A stretch of 64,000 nucleotides of DNA, from NCBI GenBank assembly GCA_008690995.1, contig VRMN01000001.1, positions 1,116,001 to 1,180,000 on the forward strand. Reading direction: 5' to 3'. Position 1 is the stretch's first letter; each line of letters begins with the position of its first letter. The notes under the pieces are model-generated. The model searched no databases and had not been told where the DNA came from. It saw only the letters and a list, made by a program, of their open reading frames with translations. Shown here in pieces: positions 54,901-64,000 of this stretch. The translations under genes and the position numbers were made by a program. The stretch is from Porphyridium purpureum. Lineage: Eukaryota.

Positions 54901-57900
54901 CTTCTTCAGAGTCTTGGCAGATGTGCTACTACCGAAACCTTTCCCTGAGCTGGAGTCACTCATGCATAAGGCAGCAACGTGTGGCCACACGACAGACGCT
55001 GTCTTTGATTTTGCATTCGCGCTCGCAGAAATGACCTTCTCCAGTTGCTCGAATGATGGTTCCGCATATCCGTTCAAGAAAAGGTACAGAACGCTATCCG
55101 GTTCGATTCGCTTTTCAATCACTTCACGCAAAATTTCCATTCCCTCTCCCTCTTGATGCTGATCCCTGCCATTGCTCTTGTTGTTCATATGATGAACTAA
55201 AAGCAAGGCCACATCGTACATAGACGCGTGCATAGCGATGCGCGCCGCGTCCAGGGTTCGACCACCGCACAGCGCAACCTCAAGCTGGTGCATTGCGGCC
55301 ACTGGATCGACGTTACTACTGCCACCACCTGCTGAAAGATGATAAGCATGCTTGCTCATGAGTCCAACAGAAGTCTTCCGAACGCCGCCGCTGCCACCGC
55401 TGTTGCCTATCAGAGCTTCAACCAATGAAGTCGACGACCGCCACCCAAAGCCCTCCGTATGGTTTGTGAAGACTTCCTGGCTTCGTCCTTTGATTTCAAG
55501 GCACAATAGCATCCACAAGAGCCGCGTATCAGAAGCAGAAGCGGGGGTCATTGCACAAAGACTAGCTACCACGTTCTCCGAGTACTGAAGCCAAGCCGAC
55601 AAAACACTCACACTCGCTTCCTGCGGCTTCTGTGAAAATAAAGCGCTCGGCGGCTCGCTAGGCAGCTTGTGCACGAGCCCTAGTCCTTGCCACAACGCCT
55701 CCACACCCGCGGGGCACATGGAACTGACCAAGTCACCAACACATGCGTGTACTTTTACGGCGCCTGCACCAAATTGATTGGGGGCGCTACGATTCAGGAC
55801 GTTCAGATTGACCTTCCGGTACGGCCGCATGATTACAGTGCGTGGACTGTTTGCGCTGAAAGCCAGCACAGCGTGCACATTTGGCGGTACACAGTGGTGC
55901 ATATCAATCGCGGATCTCGGAAATGGCACCGCTTTGACTGATTCGACGGAAACTTCAGCACTGTTCCGGCTGTTGGTACTCCTACCAAGTGAGCCGCTTG
56001 CGTTTGGTGGCGGCGAATACAAGGACGACGACATTTGAATTGGTGCCATTGGAACAGGTGAAAACGAAGGCCCTTGTGTGGTATCGGCTGCTGACTTTGC
56101 GGACGGCGGCGGCTGCAGCTGCATTGCATGAGCCGGAGACAAGGACGACGATAGTGACTCTTGGAGATGCATGGTGGATTTCAAAGTCACTAGCTCTTGT
56201 AGCGACTGCTCGCGAAACCCATAGGCATCACTATAGTCAATATCATCCAGCAGCGGCGTTTCCTGGACCGGTATGCCTTGAGAATTCCTCAATGCGTTGC
56301 TGGCAACCTCCGACAGTCTTGATAAAATTGGCGAGCGCGCCATGAAGCCTCCCATGTTCGGGCTTGAGGTGTCTTGGTGCGACAAGGGCGAGCGGTTCGC
56401 AAACATGTCAGTCTCGTCTGACAAAGCGCGGACAGAAGTTGAGCCCGAATGGTGCGCCATCACTTCTGTGTAGACTGGAAGAAGCGAGGGACCACCGGCA
56501 GGCCTACCTCCTGGAATGATGTCGTTTTTCTCGGGTGTCGCGACTGCGGGAGAACCTGCCATCGACAATGAGGGCATCCCGCCTCGTTCGGATGATGCGT
56601 GCTTTGACGACTGCTTTGAGACCGATGAGGCTGCTGCCGCATCCAGTGTTGACGCCGCCACTAACAACGCCGGAGGTCTCACGTAGACCGGCTGTGACGC
56701 TCCCGCATTGCCATTCGAACAAGACTCTAGATTCGGACCAGTTGCGCATGAAGCCGCACCATGAGGCACGGCATCCAGATTCGCAGCAACCGGCGGGGAC
56801 TTTTGAGCGGGAATCACTTCCCCTTGGACTTCTTGTGATGGCGGAGCCGTAGCCGCAGTGATGGGCAAACCATGTGCCCATTCTTGCAACTCCTGCGGCC
56901 CGTCCGCTTCCAAGTCCCCACCCAGCGCCATCACTTCTCCGTCGATCGCATCGTCTTCCTTTTCCAACGATCCCGACGCGTGGAAGAAGGCCATGTCCTC
57001 ATCGTCCAAGTTAGCACTGTCGCAGCCCTGCGTGTCGCCATCAAACCACAGAGACTTGGGCTCGAGGTTCGCCTCCCGGTCAGAGGCGCTTCTGTTATCA
57101 TTGAGCTCAAGGTCAGAAGCCATTTCGTCACAATGTCCATAAACATCCTCAATTTCAAGCGCAAGCGCGGACGCCGTTGACTCTTCTGCTGTGCAAATAG
57201 GATCCACGTCGATATCATGGACATCAGCCATTCCCGGTCCTGGTAGCTCGGTAGGGATCGCATCTCCTTTTGGCAAGTGTAGCGATGGCTCAAAGACAGA
57301 ACTTTCCATAGCTGTGGTGGATGCTAAAGGGTCTTCCAAAGCTGCCTGTGCTGTCTCACTTTCTGTCTGATGGAGAGAAGCAAATGATGGTGCCACAGCC
57401 ATCGCGATGGTCGTTTCTGCATCACCCTCTGCCTCGCTCCCAAACGCTTCAACAATCTCGAAGGGAATGTGCTCATTTTCTGTCGCTTCAAGCGCCCTCT
57501 CTGGAAGACCACACGTTCCTATCCCAGGTTGACCTCGAGTGTTTGTCTGCAAAGTCTCGGCTTGGTCACCATCGGTGGCAGGGAACGCAATTTTCGCTGA
57601 GTCTGAGAATGCAGTGACGGGGTCGCTTTCGTGCTCTGCAGAAAAAATTCCGCCACCATCGACGCTTCCGAAGTCCAGCTCGGCGTCTGAGTTGTCGTTA
57701 AAGGAAATCACGTTGCTTTCGCTGGAATCCGGTTCTGTACCCCGAACCGCGCTCATGGGGCCCGCAGAAGCGAGTGAAGCAACAGCTTCTTTCACATATT
57801 CATGTGCACTGTCACACTGAAATTCTGCGCTGCCTGGTTTCTCCGCGGAAGACGCCGCCAGCAACGGTTCATCCTTGCCCGAGCTTGAGTCGGACTTTGA

Positions 57901-59562
57901 TTCTTCAGTCACCTTCGTACCCTCGACATGGTCGATATCCTCAGCCACATGTTTATCTCTTTGTTTCGCTGCTTTTGAAACCTCCAGGACAGTAGCAGAC
58001 GATACTGAGCCGACTGGGTTAAGACCATGACAGAGTGCTGTGGATTCCACTTCCAAATCAGCCGATTGATACACTGATGCATGTGTACTTACCAGCCGGT
58101 CAGAGCGTTCCGAAGAGACTTCTCTTGAGGTTCTTGAAGTGTCCGGTGCGAAACCTTCCATTGATTCAAGGTCACCGTCAAGTGCTTCTATCACGTCAAC
58201 AGACAGATGCTTGTCCTGCACTGATGAGTCTACCGATTCCGTGACGTCCTTACCGGGCAGGTCGCTGGATTCCTGGGCAGACGTAATTTCTTGCTCAAAA
58301 AACGCCAAGACGGGGGCCTCCGCAATATGTACTTCACGCACCGCGGATGCACCATCCGCGACTTGCTTCTCGTCAAGCCCTTCGTCTACAACAGGCTCAA
58401 TTTCCAGTCTAGTGCTTGTACTTTCTCCGTCCCGTTCTGTCATACGAAAGTCGTCATTGTTTTCCGACGGCGGCACATTTGCTCCATCCACAAACGGTGG
58501 AGTCGAACACGCAAATGGTATCTCAACCGGCTCGACTTCCATACCAAAACTTTCCAGTACGTCACCGACGACTTGTGCGCCTTCTGCCTGTTCAGAAGAC
58601 AAAGGTTTTGTTCGTGACCCACCGTCTACTTGGTCGATGGTGCCATGTTCGCGCGTCCACTCATCCACCCCCTGAGATCCGAGCACAGCTATTGCGGCCT
58701 CCTCAGACAAAACCGGATCCGCAGTTTCGCAAATACCAGACTGAATGCCAGGAGACGCACGCGCAGCCGAGAAAGGGGATACAGCGTTCGTCCTTGGCAT
58801 TATCTGATCGGGGTCCACGACAAGCTCGGTGGTGTCGCGCGGCGCGTCCAAAAAGGTAAACGGCTGTTCAGATGGCAATGTCAAATGATTTTCAACACGT
58901 TTCTCCGGAGTAGGCTGATCATGAACGACATCTGAGGTAGGAATGCCCTGCGGTCCTACTCCAACTTCCAGAAATTCGAGCTCCGATGCGAGCGATCGCA
59001 CAGTATCCCGCACGGACTCGTTTCTGGAGCTCGCAATCACGTTCCCGCTTCCTTGCCGCGACTCTCCTGTATCAGTCGTTCCCGAGTGTCCGCGATCCTG
59101 TGCATAAGGAACCTGTTCCGTGAACGCAAAGTCGGCGTCTAATTGAGCAAACTGCGTGCTCTCGCGCGCTGACGACTGTTCGGCAGCCGCATTCAGACCA
59201 CTATCGTGTGTTTTTTGTGTGCCGCTTTGCGACGGTGTAAACGGCGTCTGCGTCCGCGGAGAGCTGGGCGCCGTGTCGCGGGGCGTCGCCGGCACGGTCG
59301 ACTGTGTGACCGAGTACATTGACGCGGTATCGCTGCCCCGCGCAGAGCGCGCCGCCGCGTCGCCCCCGCCAGCCCCGCGGACTTGCGTGGTGCACGACGC
59401 ATGGTTGCACCTGTTCAATCTCGTGTTTCCCCAGAATATTGTACGGCCTGCTTGCTCGTTCGAGCCGGGCAACACTTCTCGCCTCGGTCTCCAGTTCAAC
59501 ATCCGTGACGGAGCAGCTGTACAAAGAAGTACACTACAGTACCTTTGGCGGTACACCTGCAT
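52000..59562 (-). CDS. SEC16: COPII scaffold Sec16-like protein (single exon, about 2.4-2.5 kaa)
   Basis: Long acidic disordered N-half; central RLLWMLL...ALCGGRTLDAARIAMHASMYDVALLL; C-terminal AHMGVRNDFYWNDKLQRYV...PPPP and RTRYVDTFN; real start may be ATG 59319. Confidence 0.8.
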   Translation of the reverse strand: MQVYRQRYCSVLLCTAAPSRMLNWRPRREVLPGSNEQAGRTIFWGNTRLNRCNHASCTTQVRGAGGGDAAARSARGSDTASMYSVTQSTVPATPRDTAPSSPRTQTPFTPSQSGTQKTHDSGLNAAAEQSSARESTQFAQLDADFAFTEQVPYAQDRGHSGTTDTGESRQGSGNVIASSRNESVRDTVRSLASELEFLEVGVGPQGIPTSDVVHDQPTPEKRVENHLTLPSEQPFTFLDAPRDTTELVVDPDQIMPRTNAVSPFSAARASPGIQSGICETADPVLSEEAAIAVLGSQGVDEWTREHGTIDQVDGGSRTKPLSSEQAEGAQVVGDVLESFGMEVEPVEIPFACSTPPFVDGANVPPSENNDDFRMTERDGESTSTRLEIEPVVDEGLDEKQVADGASAVREVHIAEAPVLAFFEQEITSAQESSDLPGKDVTESVDSSVQDKHLSVDVIEALDGDLESMEGFAPDTSRTSREVSSERSDRLVSTHASVYQSADLEVESTALCHGLNPVGSVSSATVLEVSKAAKQRDKHVAEDIDHVEGTKVTEESKSDSSSGKDEPLLAASSAEKPGSAEFQCDSAHEYVKEAVASLASAGPMSAVRGTEPDSSESNVISFNDNSDAELDFGSVDGGGIFSAEHESDPVTAFSDSAKIAFPATDGDQAETLQTNTRGQPGIGTCGLPERALEATENEHIPFEIVEAFGSEAEGDAETTIAMAVAPSFASLHQTESETAQAALEDPLASTTAMESSVFEPSLHLPKGDAIPTELPGPGMADVHDIDVDPICTAEESTASALALEIEDVYGHCDEMASDLELNDNRSASDREANLEPKSLWFDGDTQGCDSANLDDEDMAFFHASGSLEKEDDAIDGEVMALGGDLEADGPQELQEWAHGLPITAATAPPSQEVQGEVIPAQKSPPVAANLDAVPHGAASCATGPNLESCSNGNAGASQPVYVRPPALLVAASTLDAAAASSVSKQSSKHASSERGGMPSLSMAGSPAVATPEKNDIIPGGRPAGGPSLLPVYTEVMAHHSGSTSVRALSDETDMFANRSPLSHQDTSSPNMGGFMARSPILSRLSEVASNALRNSQGIPVQETPLLDDIDYSDAYGFREQSLQELVTLKSTMHLQESLSSSLSPAHAMQLQPPPSAKSAADTTQGPSFSPVPMAPIQMSSSLYSPPPNASGSLGRSTNSRNSAEVSVESVKAVPFPRSAIDMHHCVPPNVHAVLAFSANSPRTVIMRPYRKVNLNVLNRSAPNQFGAGAVKVHACVGDLVSSMCPAGVEALWQGLGLVHKLPSEPPSALFSQKPQEASVSVLSAWLQYSENVVASLCAMTPASASDTRLLWMLLCLEIKGRSQEVFTNHTEGFGWRSSTSLVEALIGNSGGSGGVRKTSVGLMSKHAYHLSAGGGSSNVDPVAAMHQLEVALCGGRTLDAARIAMHASMYDVALLLVHHMNNKSNGRDQHQEGEGMEILREVIEKRIEPDSVLYLFLNGYAEPSFEQLEKVISASANAKSKTASVVWPHVAALCMSDSSSGKGFGSSTSAKTLKKLALVLLRHGSPTGFVVCALLQRVCEGSSQAHSTTMNRWHENASHDGELLLLLRDFDNGNSGDRRGASVLSSADRVGILVACYLLRHRALCTTHEMYVVVLFALPDVIELAHGLYEFANRPDAAISWLSWVVSTLETAITTEDFLRLSDDVRESNSQQRQQSSFKESLERIVALLGVIQGRDSALASRARQLLESEETQEQTRERFAHSQRETGIKSQGEIVVPPQLVVSEPNRSTAGPEESEQHVPEVQILPLGKTNAEDEYANATTAAAALVIRSSSSKKSLPSPPAVVPVLASPPPTIAMPPVTVGASETDGFVSERTRSSGSGGSAGARTENWHLHRGPAADEAELEDLLRDDEDEEDDEATVTGTDPLSLYANGKKGPLVSFQPRIRLGLNTVDSNAAEDFAHQVRSLSVEDLKNQAVRQEITAAGDVVLPSTGLALADVEDRTLGEQAFVPVIDEDQHGSMDQDMRSSDSPRSPRTLVPSFSEEPTPVPLFVPAQLPSRKATQPQARNRFSRKSGLSASTAYAPYLQQNSVDTNNNFSSLVVKPPGLGLGFDGRAALDDESITGPPLEDADLSGTGQSLEVPSQLDSRTVPSLHQETKQSEQDTRENMDDSVDDRRRRRWTFGLAADPASQPPGSDDTTEIADVATPSDAVQAPSAPKRDGEAGLQLRAQPAASSKLQKERDVTDASRKARRASAFAGFGEKIRSLVGAPKRAHMGVRNDFYWNDKLQRYVVRGEEEQVEAESVIPPPPMAGAAITDRTRKASTPSAFADMLAEPRLGNPVGAGSSHSRTASVLMDESDRVSDAMLDKPAGSHLPEQAHPHRESSPSGVDSAPAAVAQFPGEPLARRVGAGRGGAARGRGQGGRGGARGGNVSARTRYVDTFNASQSNLSGDTATSAGAGGPSPGQAPVLPLVPTPTVIPPPAGFTMFIPKPPPVTSVVNGDSGDGGGHEQERESGPTSPR

Positions 59563-59994
59563 AATTGAAACGGTACAGTGAATCGGCTCAGAGGTACAGC
59601 GTTAACGAGACGAGCGGCGCCGCTTCGGCACACGAGCGCTCTTGTGCCGTGACACAATGCACGACCTTCGCAGTTTCTCAGCACGCGTCGAGCAAATTCG
59701 AGTCCGACATCCCGTGATGAGCAGTATATTGAAGTCGGTGAACAACCCGGCGCATTCAAGTCGAGGAACAGCCAGGGAATTCGCTCAAGATCTTGCCGTC
59801 GCGCCGTTCGCCCGGCCACGCTATTTCAAATGCTGCGAGAATCAGCCGGGAGAACACAGCAGGAAAGCCTGCATATTTATTGGTGCAAGGATTGAGCAAT
59901 GCGCCACCGACTAGGTCCTTGTCCGATTGAGCACGTGGCGTGATCAGGAAGTGTGAAAAGCGCTTGACGAAAAACGAGTTCCTAGCAAGCGCAT

Positions 59995-60579
59995 TTACCT
60001 ACATCCCTTGGCTACTCGCTCGATCTCATCTTTCTTCTTGATAGCGTATGAGTTCGACGAGCCTTTTGCCGCATTGATCAGCTCATCCGCAAGGCACTCG
60101 GCAATGGTCTTGATCGAACGGAACGCTGCCTCGCGCGCGCCCGTCGTCAGCAAAGCGACGGCGACGTTCACACGTCGAAGGGGCGAAACATCCACTGCCT
60201 GCCTGCGCACCGTTCCTGCGCTTCCGATGCGTGTCGAGTCTTCTCTCGGTCCAGAGTTGACGACGGCCTGGACAAGCACCTGCACGGGGTTCTCATCGGT
60301 TAGCAGGTGAATGATTTCAAACGTGTGCTTCACGATGCGAGTGGCCATCACCTTCTTTCCGTTATTCCTGCCATGCATCATCATGGCACACACCAGGCGC
60401 TCCACTATGGGGCATCCCGCCTTGTGGAATCGCTTCTTGTTATACCGGCCTGCCGTGTGCGGCAGGTACACCGCCTTGTTCTGCTTGACCGCGATGTAGT
60501 CCGCGAGCGCAATGTCGCTCACGTCCACATCCTCGAACGACCACTTGTTGAACAGCTTCACTTCCGTAGCCGCCGCCAT
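59995..60579 (-). CDS. RPS5: 40S ribosomal protein S5 (uS7)
   Basis: [58 protein letters not shown]. Confidence 0.98.
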   Translation of the reverse strand: MAAATEVKLFNKWSFEDVDVSDIALADYIAVKQNKAVYLPHTAGRYNKKRFHKAGCPIVERLVCAMMMHGRNNGKKVMATRIVKHTFEIIHLLTDENPVQVLVQAVVNSGPREDSTRIGSAGTVRRQAVDVSPLRRVNVAVALLTTGAREAAFRSIKTIAECLADELINAAKGSSNSYAIKKKDEIERVAKGCR

Positions 60580-60763
60580 CTTTCTCGTGATACACGCCGC
60601 CGTCTCCTGCGTCACCGCCCTTCCCCACCTACGCTGTGTGAATCGCTTCTTTCCTTCCCTTCACGCGCTACTTTACCTTCTCCAACTTGGTATTGCAAAA
60701 AATGCTCATCTTCATATCAAGACGGAGTGGCAGTCCCGCCGGCGATCCTACGTCTTCGCGCTC

Positions 60764-60804
60764 AAAACCCTCAATCTAACCGCACGAAAACCCTTAATCT
60801 AACC
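60764..60804. promoter_or_regulatory. Duplicated telobox-like 18-mer AAAACCCTYAATCTAACC in the RPS5/NudC divergent promoter
   Basis: Copies at 60764-60781 and 60787-60804, one mismatch. Confidence 0.55.
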
Positions 60805-60980
60805 AACATCACTTTTCAAGAGAAGGTACAGTTGTGGGTTGAGTGGGCGCGAGTTGGGGAAGAGCGTCAGCTTCAGGACTCACGTTAAGTGTGCCTGCAC
60901 CGCCCTTCGACTGCGTGGATCTGACAGGCCGGCAAGTCATCGACGACGCGCGCACGTCAGCGGGGTTGGATATCGCAGTC

Positions 60981-61427
60981 ATGGCGCCGCGCGCGGGGAA
61001 TGGGGGACGCACAGAGCGGTACGTCTGGACACAAACACTTCAGGAAGTTAGTGTGGTGTTTGATAAGCTGCCGGCGGCGCTAAGCAAGCGGGATGTGGAG
61101 TGCCACATCACGAGGCAGAGCATCTCGCTCAAAGTGAAAGGCGAGGTTCTATCGCATGGTGAGTTGTATGCGCTTGTGCATCCAGGTGAGTGCTTCTGGC
61201 AGCTTGACAGCCACGAGCGTACCATTACAATCAACTTGGAGAAGGTTGCGCATGATGAGTGGTGGAAATGTGTCGTCAAGGGTGACCCAGAGATCGATAC
61301 GGGGCTTGTTGAACCCGAAAATGCACGCCTGCAGGACCTGGACGACGAGACGCGTACCGTTGTGGAGAAAATGATGGTAGAACAGCGACAGCAACAAATG
61401 ACCCGCGCATTCCCTAGCCGCCCGTGA
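60981..61427 (+). CDS. NUDC: Short NudC-family CS/p23-domain co-chaperone
   Basis: GNGGRTERYVWTQTLQEV, WWKCVVKGDPEIDT..VEPENARLQDLDDETRTVVEKMM. Confidence 0.9.
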   Translation: MAPRAGNGGRTERYVWTQTLQEVSVVFDKLPAALSKRDVECHITRQSISLKVKGEVLSHGELYALVHPGECFWQLDSHERTITINLEKVAHDEWWKCVVKGDPEIDTGLVEPENARLQDLDDETRTVVEKMMVEQRQQQMTRAFPSRP

Positions 61428-61699
61428 ACATGCGCCTGAACCAGGCCGAATGATGTGCCGGCTTGAGCCAATCTTGACTCTTCTGGCCCCTGGATGATGG
61501 AAACTATTCATCTCCTTCAAAATCAAAGTCTTGGTAGGCAGTGCCTTGTGTGATGTGGACATTTATACAATTGAGGTTGGGGAACCAGATACAACCAACT
61601 TGGTGAAGTGACACCGTCGCTACGAACCGGCCAAGGCCTACACAGGGGCCTCTACACAGTTGGACACGAGAACATCGGCTAAGCCACGCAGCAAGTGAG

Positions 61700-63496
61700 T
61701 TACTCGGCGTCCCCCCGGCCGGGTGTGAACAGCTCAGACGCTTTCGGTCCCGAGTAGTGTCGTTGACACATCTCTTCCCAACCGCCGTACCGAAAGAGCT
61801 TGTCCAAATGCAGCGACTCATACGCTTTGCGTGAACTTGGCAGCAGCCGCCGGATAGGATCTGTTACCTTCCCAATGTCCTGCTCGTACTTGTTCAAATC
61901 AAAATGCTCCATGTAGTAGAAATACACGACCGCCAGCACCTTCCTCTGGTTGAACAAGCGCTTCTCTGTCTGTCGCTCCGACTCAGAAAAGTACATGAGC
62001 GGTTTTTCCAATCCGCGAGCCGGGTCTCCCACGACCCAATGTGTGAGCACGAGATCCAAACTACTCTTCCCAGAAAAAAGGGGCACGCGGAGCTTGTCGT
62101 CCTTCTCCACGGCAGGCTCCCTCTCTTTCTTGCTAAAGTGACTTGCGAACAGGGAGGACACTGACTTGCCTGGTTGGGACAAGGACGTTGCCTGCCCTAC
62201 CATAGGCTCAGCGCGATCCTGGTCCATCATCGCAACAGACGCCGACGCCATGGCGCCTTCAGCGACCCACTTTTCATTTGAAGCGTCTCCAGGTCCTCCA
62301 GGCCACATCGCTGCGGGCTCAGGCTCGCGACGAAAGGACATGGAATTAATGAGTTTCCTCGAAATGCTCGGGATCACATAATCTACGCCTTGATCATATT
62401 CCATACGATCGATGTTCCCGCCTGCATGTACAGAGCCCGACTCGCACAACGTGCCAGACACATCTTCCCATGAAACATCCTTCTCGTCCTGTTGCTGCTC
62501 TTGCATCTGTGGCGGTAGCTCGCGCGCCGAATCGTCAGTTGCGCGATTTCGAAACACAAAACTGCCGAAACGCACTTTCGATGGCGTTTTCTGCGCCAGT
62601 GAAGGTTGTCTCTCCATGGCTAATGCCTCAGCATGATGAGGAGATTCAAAACCTTGGTTCCCATACCCCAATCGCATTGGGTCCATCGCCAGCGTGGGCG
62701 ATTGCGGATGTTGCAAAGCAGGTGTAGGCGCCACCTCTTGAGCTTGAGCGTAAGCATTTGCCCGTGCCGATTCGGTGGGCAGAATAGGACGCAGCACCCG
62801 GCTGGGATTAAACCGGGTCGTCGCTGCAGACTTCTGGGTCACCGAATGCGGCATCAACAAGGTTCGATCAAGAGTCGGCGGCAAATCCATCTGCTGGCGG
62901 CGGCCACTTTCATCAACAGTATAGCTATCCTCGCGTTTCTGCTTGTCACCCAAATCAAGCAGTGCTTGAGCGGGCGCCAGATCCGGATTATTCCTCATCG
63001 CGTACGAGAAGCTGCGCGCGCGCGCATAATCAAGACCGTCCACGTCGGTTCCAGGGGTCATCGAGCCCATGCCATACGAGAACACTGGCGTCCGAAATCC
63101 CGGCGACGGGTACTGGTTGTGATTCCAGTTCGCATCCCTCTGGCCAGGTGTCTGCGCGGTTTGCGAGTGCGAGCCGGGAGTCATGATTCCTGTGGACAGA
63201 TGCGACGCGGCGCGCGGCGTGAAGGTGAATGTCCGGAGGAACGGTTCTGGTTCCATGAACGCCAACGACGCTTGACTATTCGGGGGCGACGGATGCAGAG
63301 GCATTCCGGCCTGGTGCGCCTCATCCAAATTGGCCATGTCAAGCGCCGCAAACTTATCTTCCATGTCCATTGCGCTGTCCGCTAGCAGGCCGTCCATCTC
63401 GACCAAGTCGTCGTCCATGCTGCTCTGCGAAGTGCCGTGCGGCGGCGTCACGTTTGACAGCTCCCGCACGCGCGGAAGTAACGGGTATAGTTTCAT
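61700..63496 (-). CDS. Putative transcription regulator: disordered N-terminus plus C-terminal GCR1_C-like DNA-binding domain
   Basis: Long ORF; SLDLVLTHWVVGDPARGLEKPL...ERQTEKRLFNQRKVLA; start ATG 63496 or 63418. Confidence 0.6.
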   Translation of the reverse strand: MKLYPLLPRVRELSNVTPPHGTSQSSMDDDLVEMDGLLADSAMDMEDKFAALDMANLDEAHQAGMPLHPSPPNSQASLAFMEPEPFLRTFTFTPRAASHLSTGIMTPGSHSQTAQTPGQRDANWNHNQYPSPGFRTPVFSYGMGSMTPGTDVDGLDYARARSFSYAMRNNPDLAPAQALLDLGDKQKREDSYTVDESGRRQQMDLPPTLDRTLLMPHSVTQKSAATTRFNPSRVLRPILPTESARANAYAQAQEVAPTPALQHPQSPTLAMDPMRLGYGNQGFESPHHAEALAMERQPSLAQKTPSKVRFGSFVFRNRATDDSARELPPQMQEQQQDEKDVSWEDVSGTLCESGSVHAGGNIDRMEYDQGVDYVIPSISRKLINSMSFRREPEPAAMWPGGPGDASNEKWVAEGAMASASVAMMDQDRAEPMVGQATSLSQPGKSVSSLFASHFSKKEREPAVEKDDKLRVPLFSGKSSLDLVLTHWVVGDPARGLEKPLMYFSESERQTEKRLFNQRKVLAVVYFYYMEHFDLNKYEQDIGKVTDPIRRLLPSSRKAYESLHLDKLFRYGGWEEMCQRHYSGPKASELFTPGRGDAE

Positions 63497-63844
63497 GTGC
63501 ACCCTCCCGCCCGCTTCTTCCCGGTGTGACGCAGTGGCGCAATTCCACCACTGCCGCTGCGGAGTTTCCAGCCTCGCCGCCGCTGTTCGAGCGCCGCGCT
63601 CCAATGGCCGCACGCGTGCTTTCGAGCACGTTGCTTTGCGGCACACTCTTTATACGCTCTCGCAATTCTCCGGGTTCTGCCGTTCAATCGCGTCGCTGGA
63701 AAGCTTATTATCGTACCGCTTTCCGTCTGCTTTACTCAAGACACACCCCCAAGAAACCCACCGCGACGTCGTGAGACATTGAGGCGTTCGTCGAGTCTTC
63801 TACCGTCCTCCTTCTCTCCCCATCTACCTCGACAACAACCGCTT

Positions 63845-63926
63845 CACACACAAACACATACAGACAGACGGACCACACGAACGCGCTCCGCAAAAACACA
63901 CACAAACACACACACACACACACACA
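63845..63926. repeat. CA-rich microsatellite, purest at 63896-63926
   Basis: Read directly. Confidence 0.9.
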
Positions 63927-64000
63927 GTACACGTCGTGCGGGTATTAGTTTTGTGCGTGGCGGCGTTCGTGCGCCACCCGAAATCACGCGCTCCGGGTTC

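Overview
Gene-dense, almost intron-free, moderately GC-rich eukaryotic nuclear DNA, most likely from a unicellular red alga (Porphyridium-like). This assignment is inferred from several plastid-type transit peptides with an early Phe and no signal peptide, HCF101, short intergenic gaps, and only one clear intron. About 28 protein genes are supported. Housekeeping genes include GGC1, RRP40, neuroguidin/Lcp5, GPI, PRS, thiolase, VPS16, CASP, HCF101, TM9SF, histone H1, FEX, AUH, SEC16, RPS5 and NudC. Less familiar ones are a five-repeat plastid protein, a kinase-less LRR/Cys-rich receptor, a GXYLT-like GT8 and a GCR1_C-like regulator. I saw no transposon, CRISPR array, rRNA or tRNA. The strongest unexplained signal is non-coding: the hexamer GTACAG/CTGTAC recurs upstream of most genes, often in pairs about 21 bp apart, suggesting a lineage-specific, helically phased promoter element. 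Other regulatory-looking structures are a nested palindrome/CCAAT/TATA island at 50.1 kb, a duplicated telobox-like 18-mer in the RPS5/NudC promoter, and sense-strand (GT)n tracts in 5' regions. All family assignments come from recalled motifs, not database searches.
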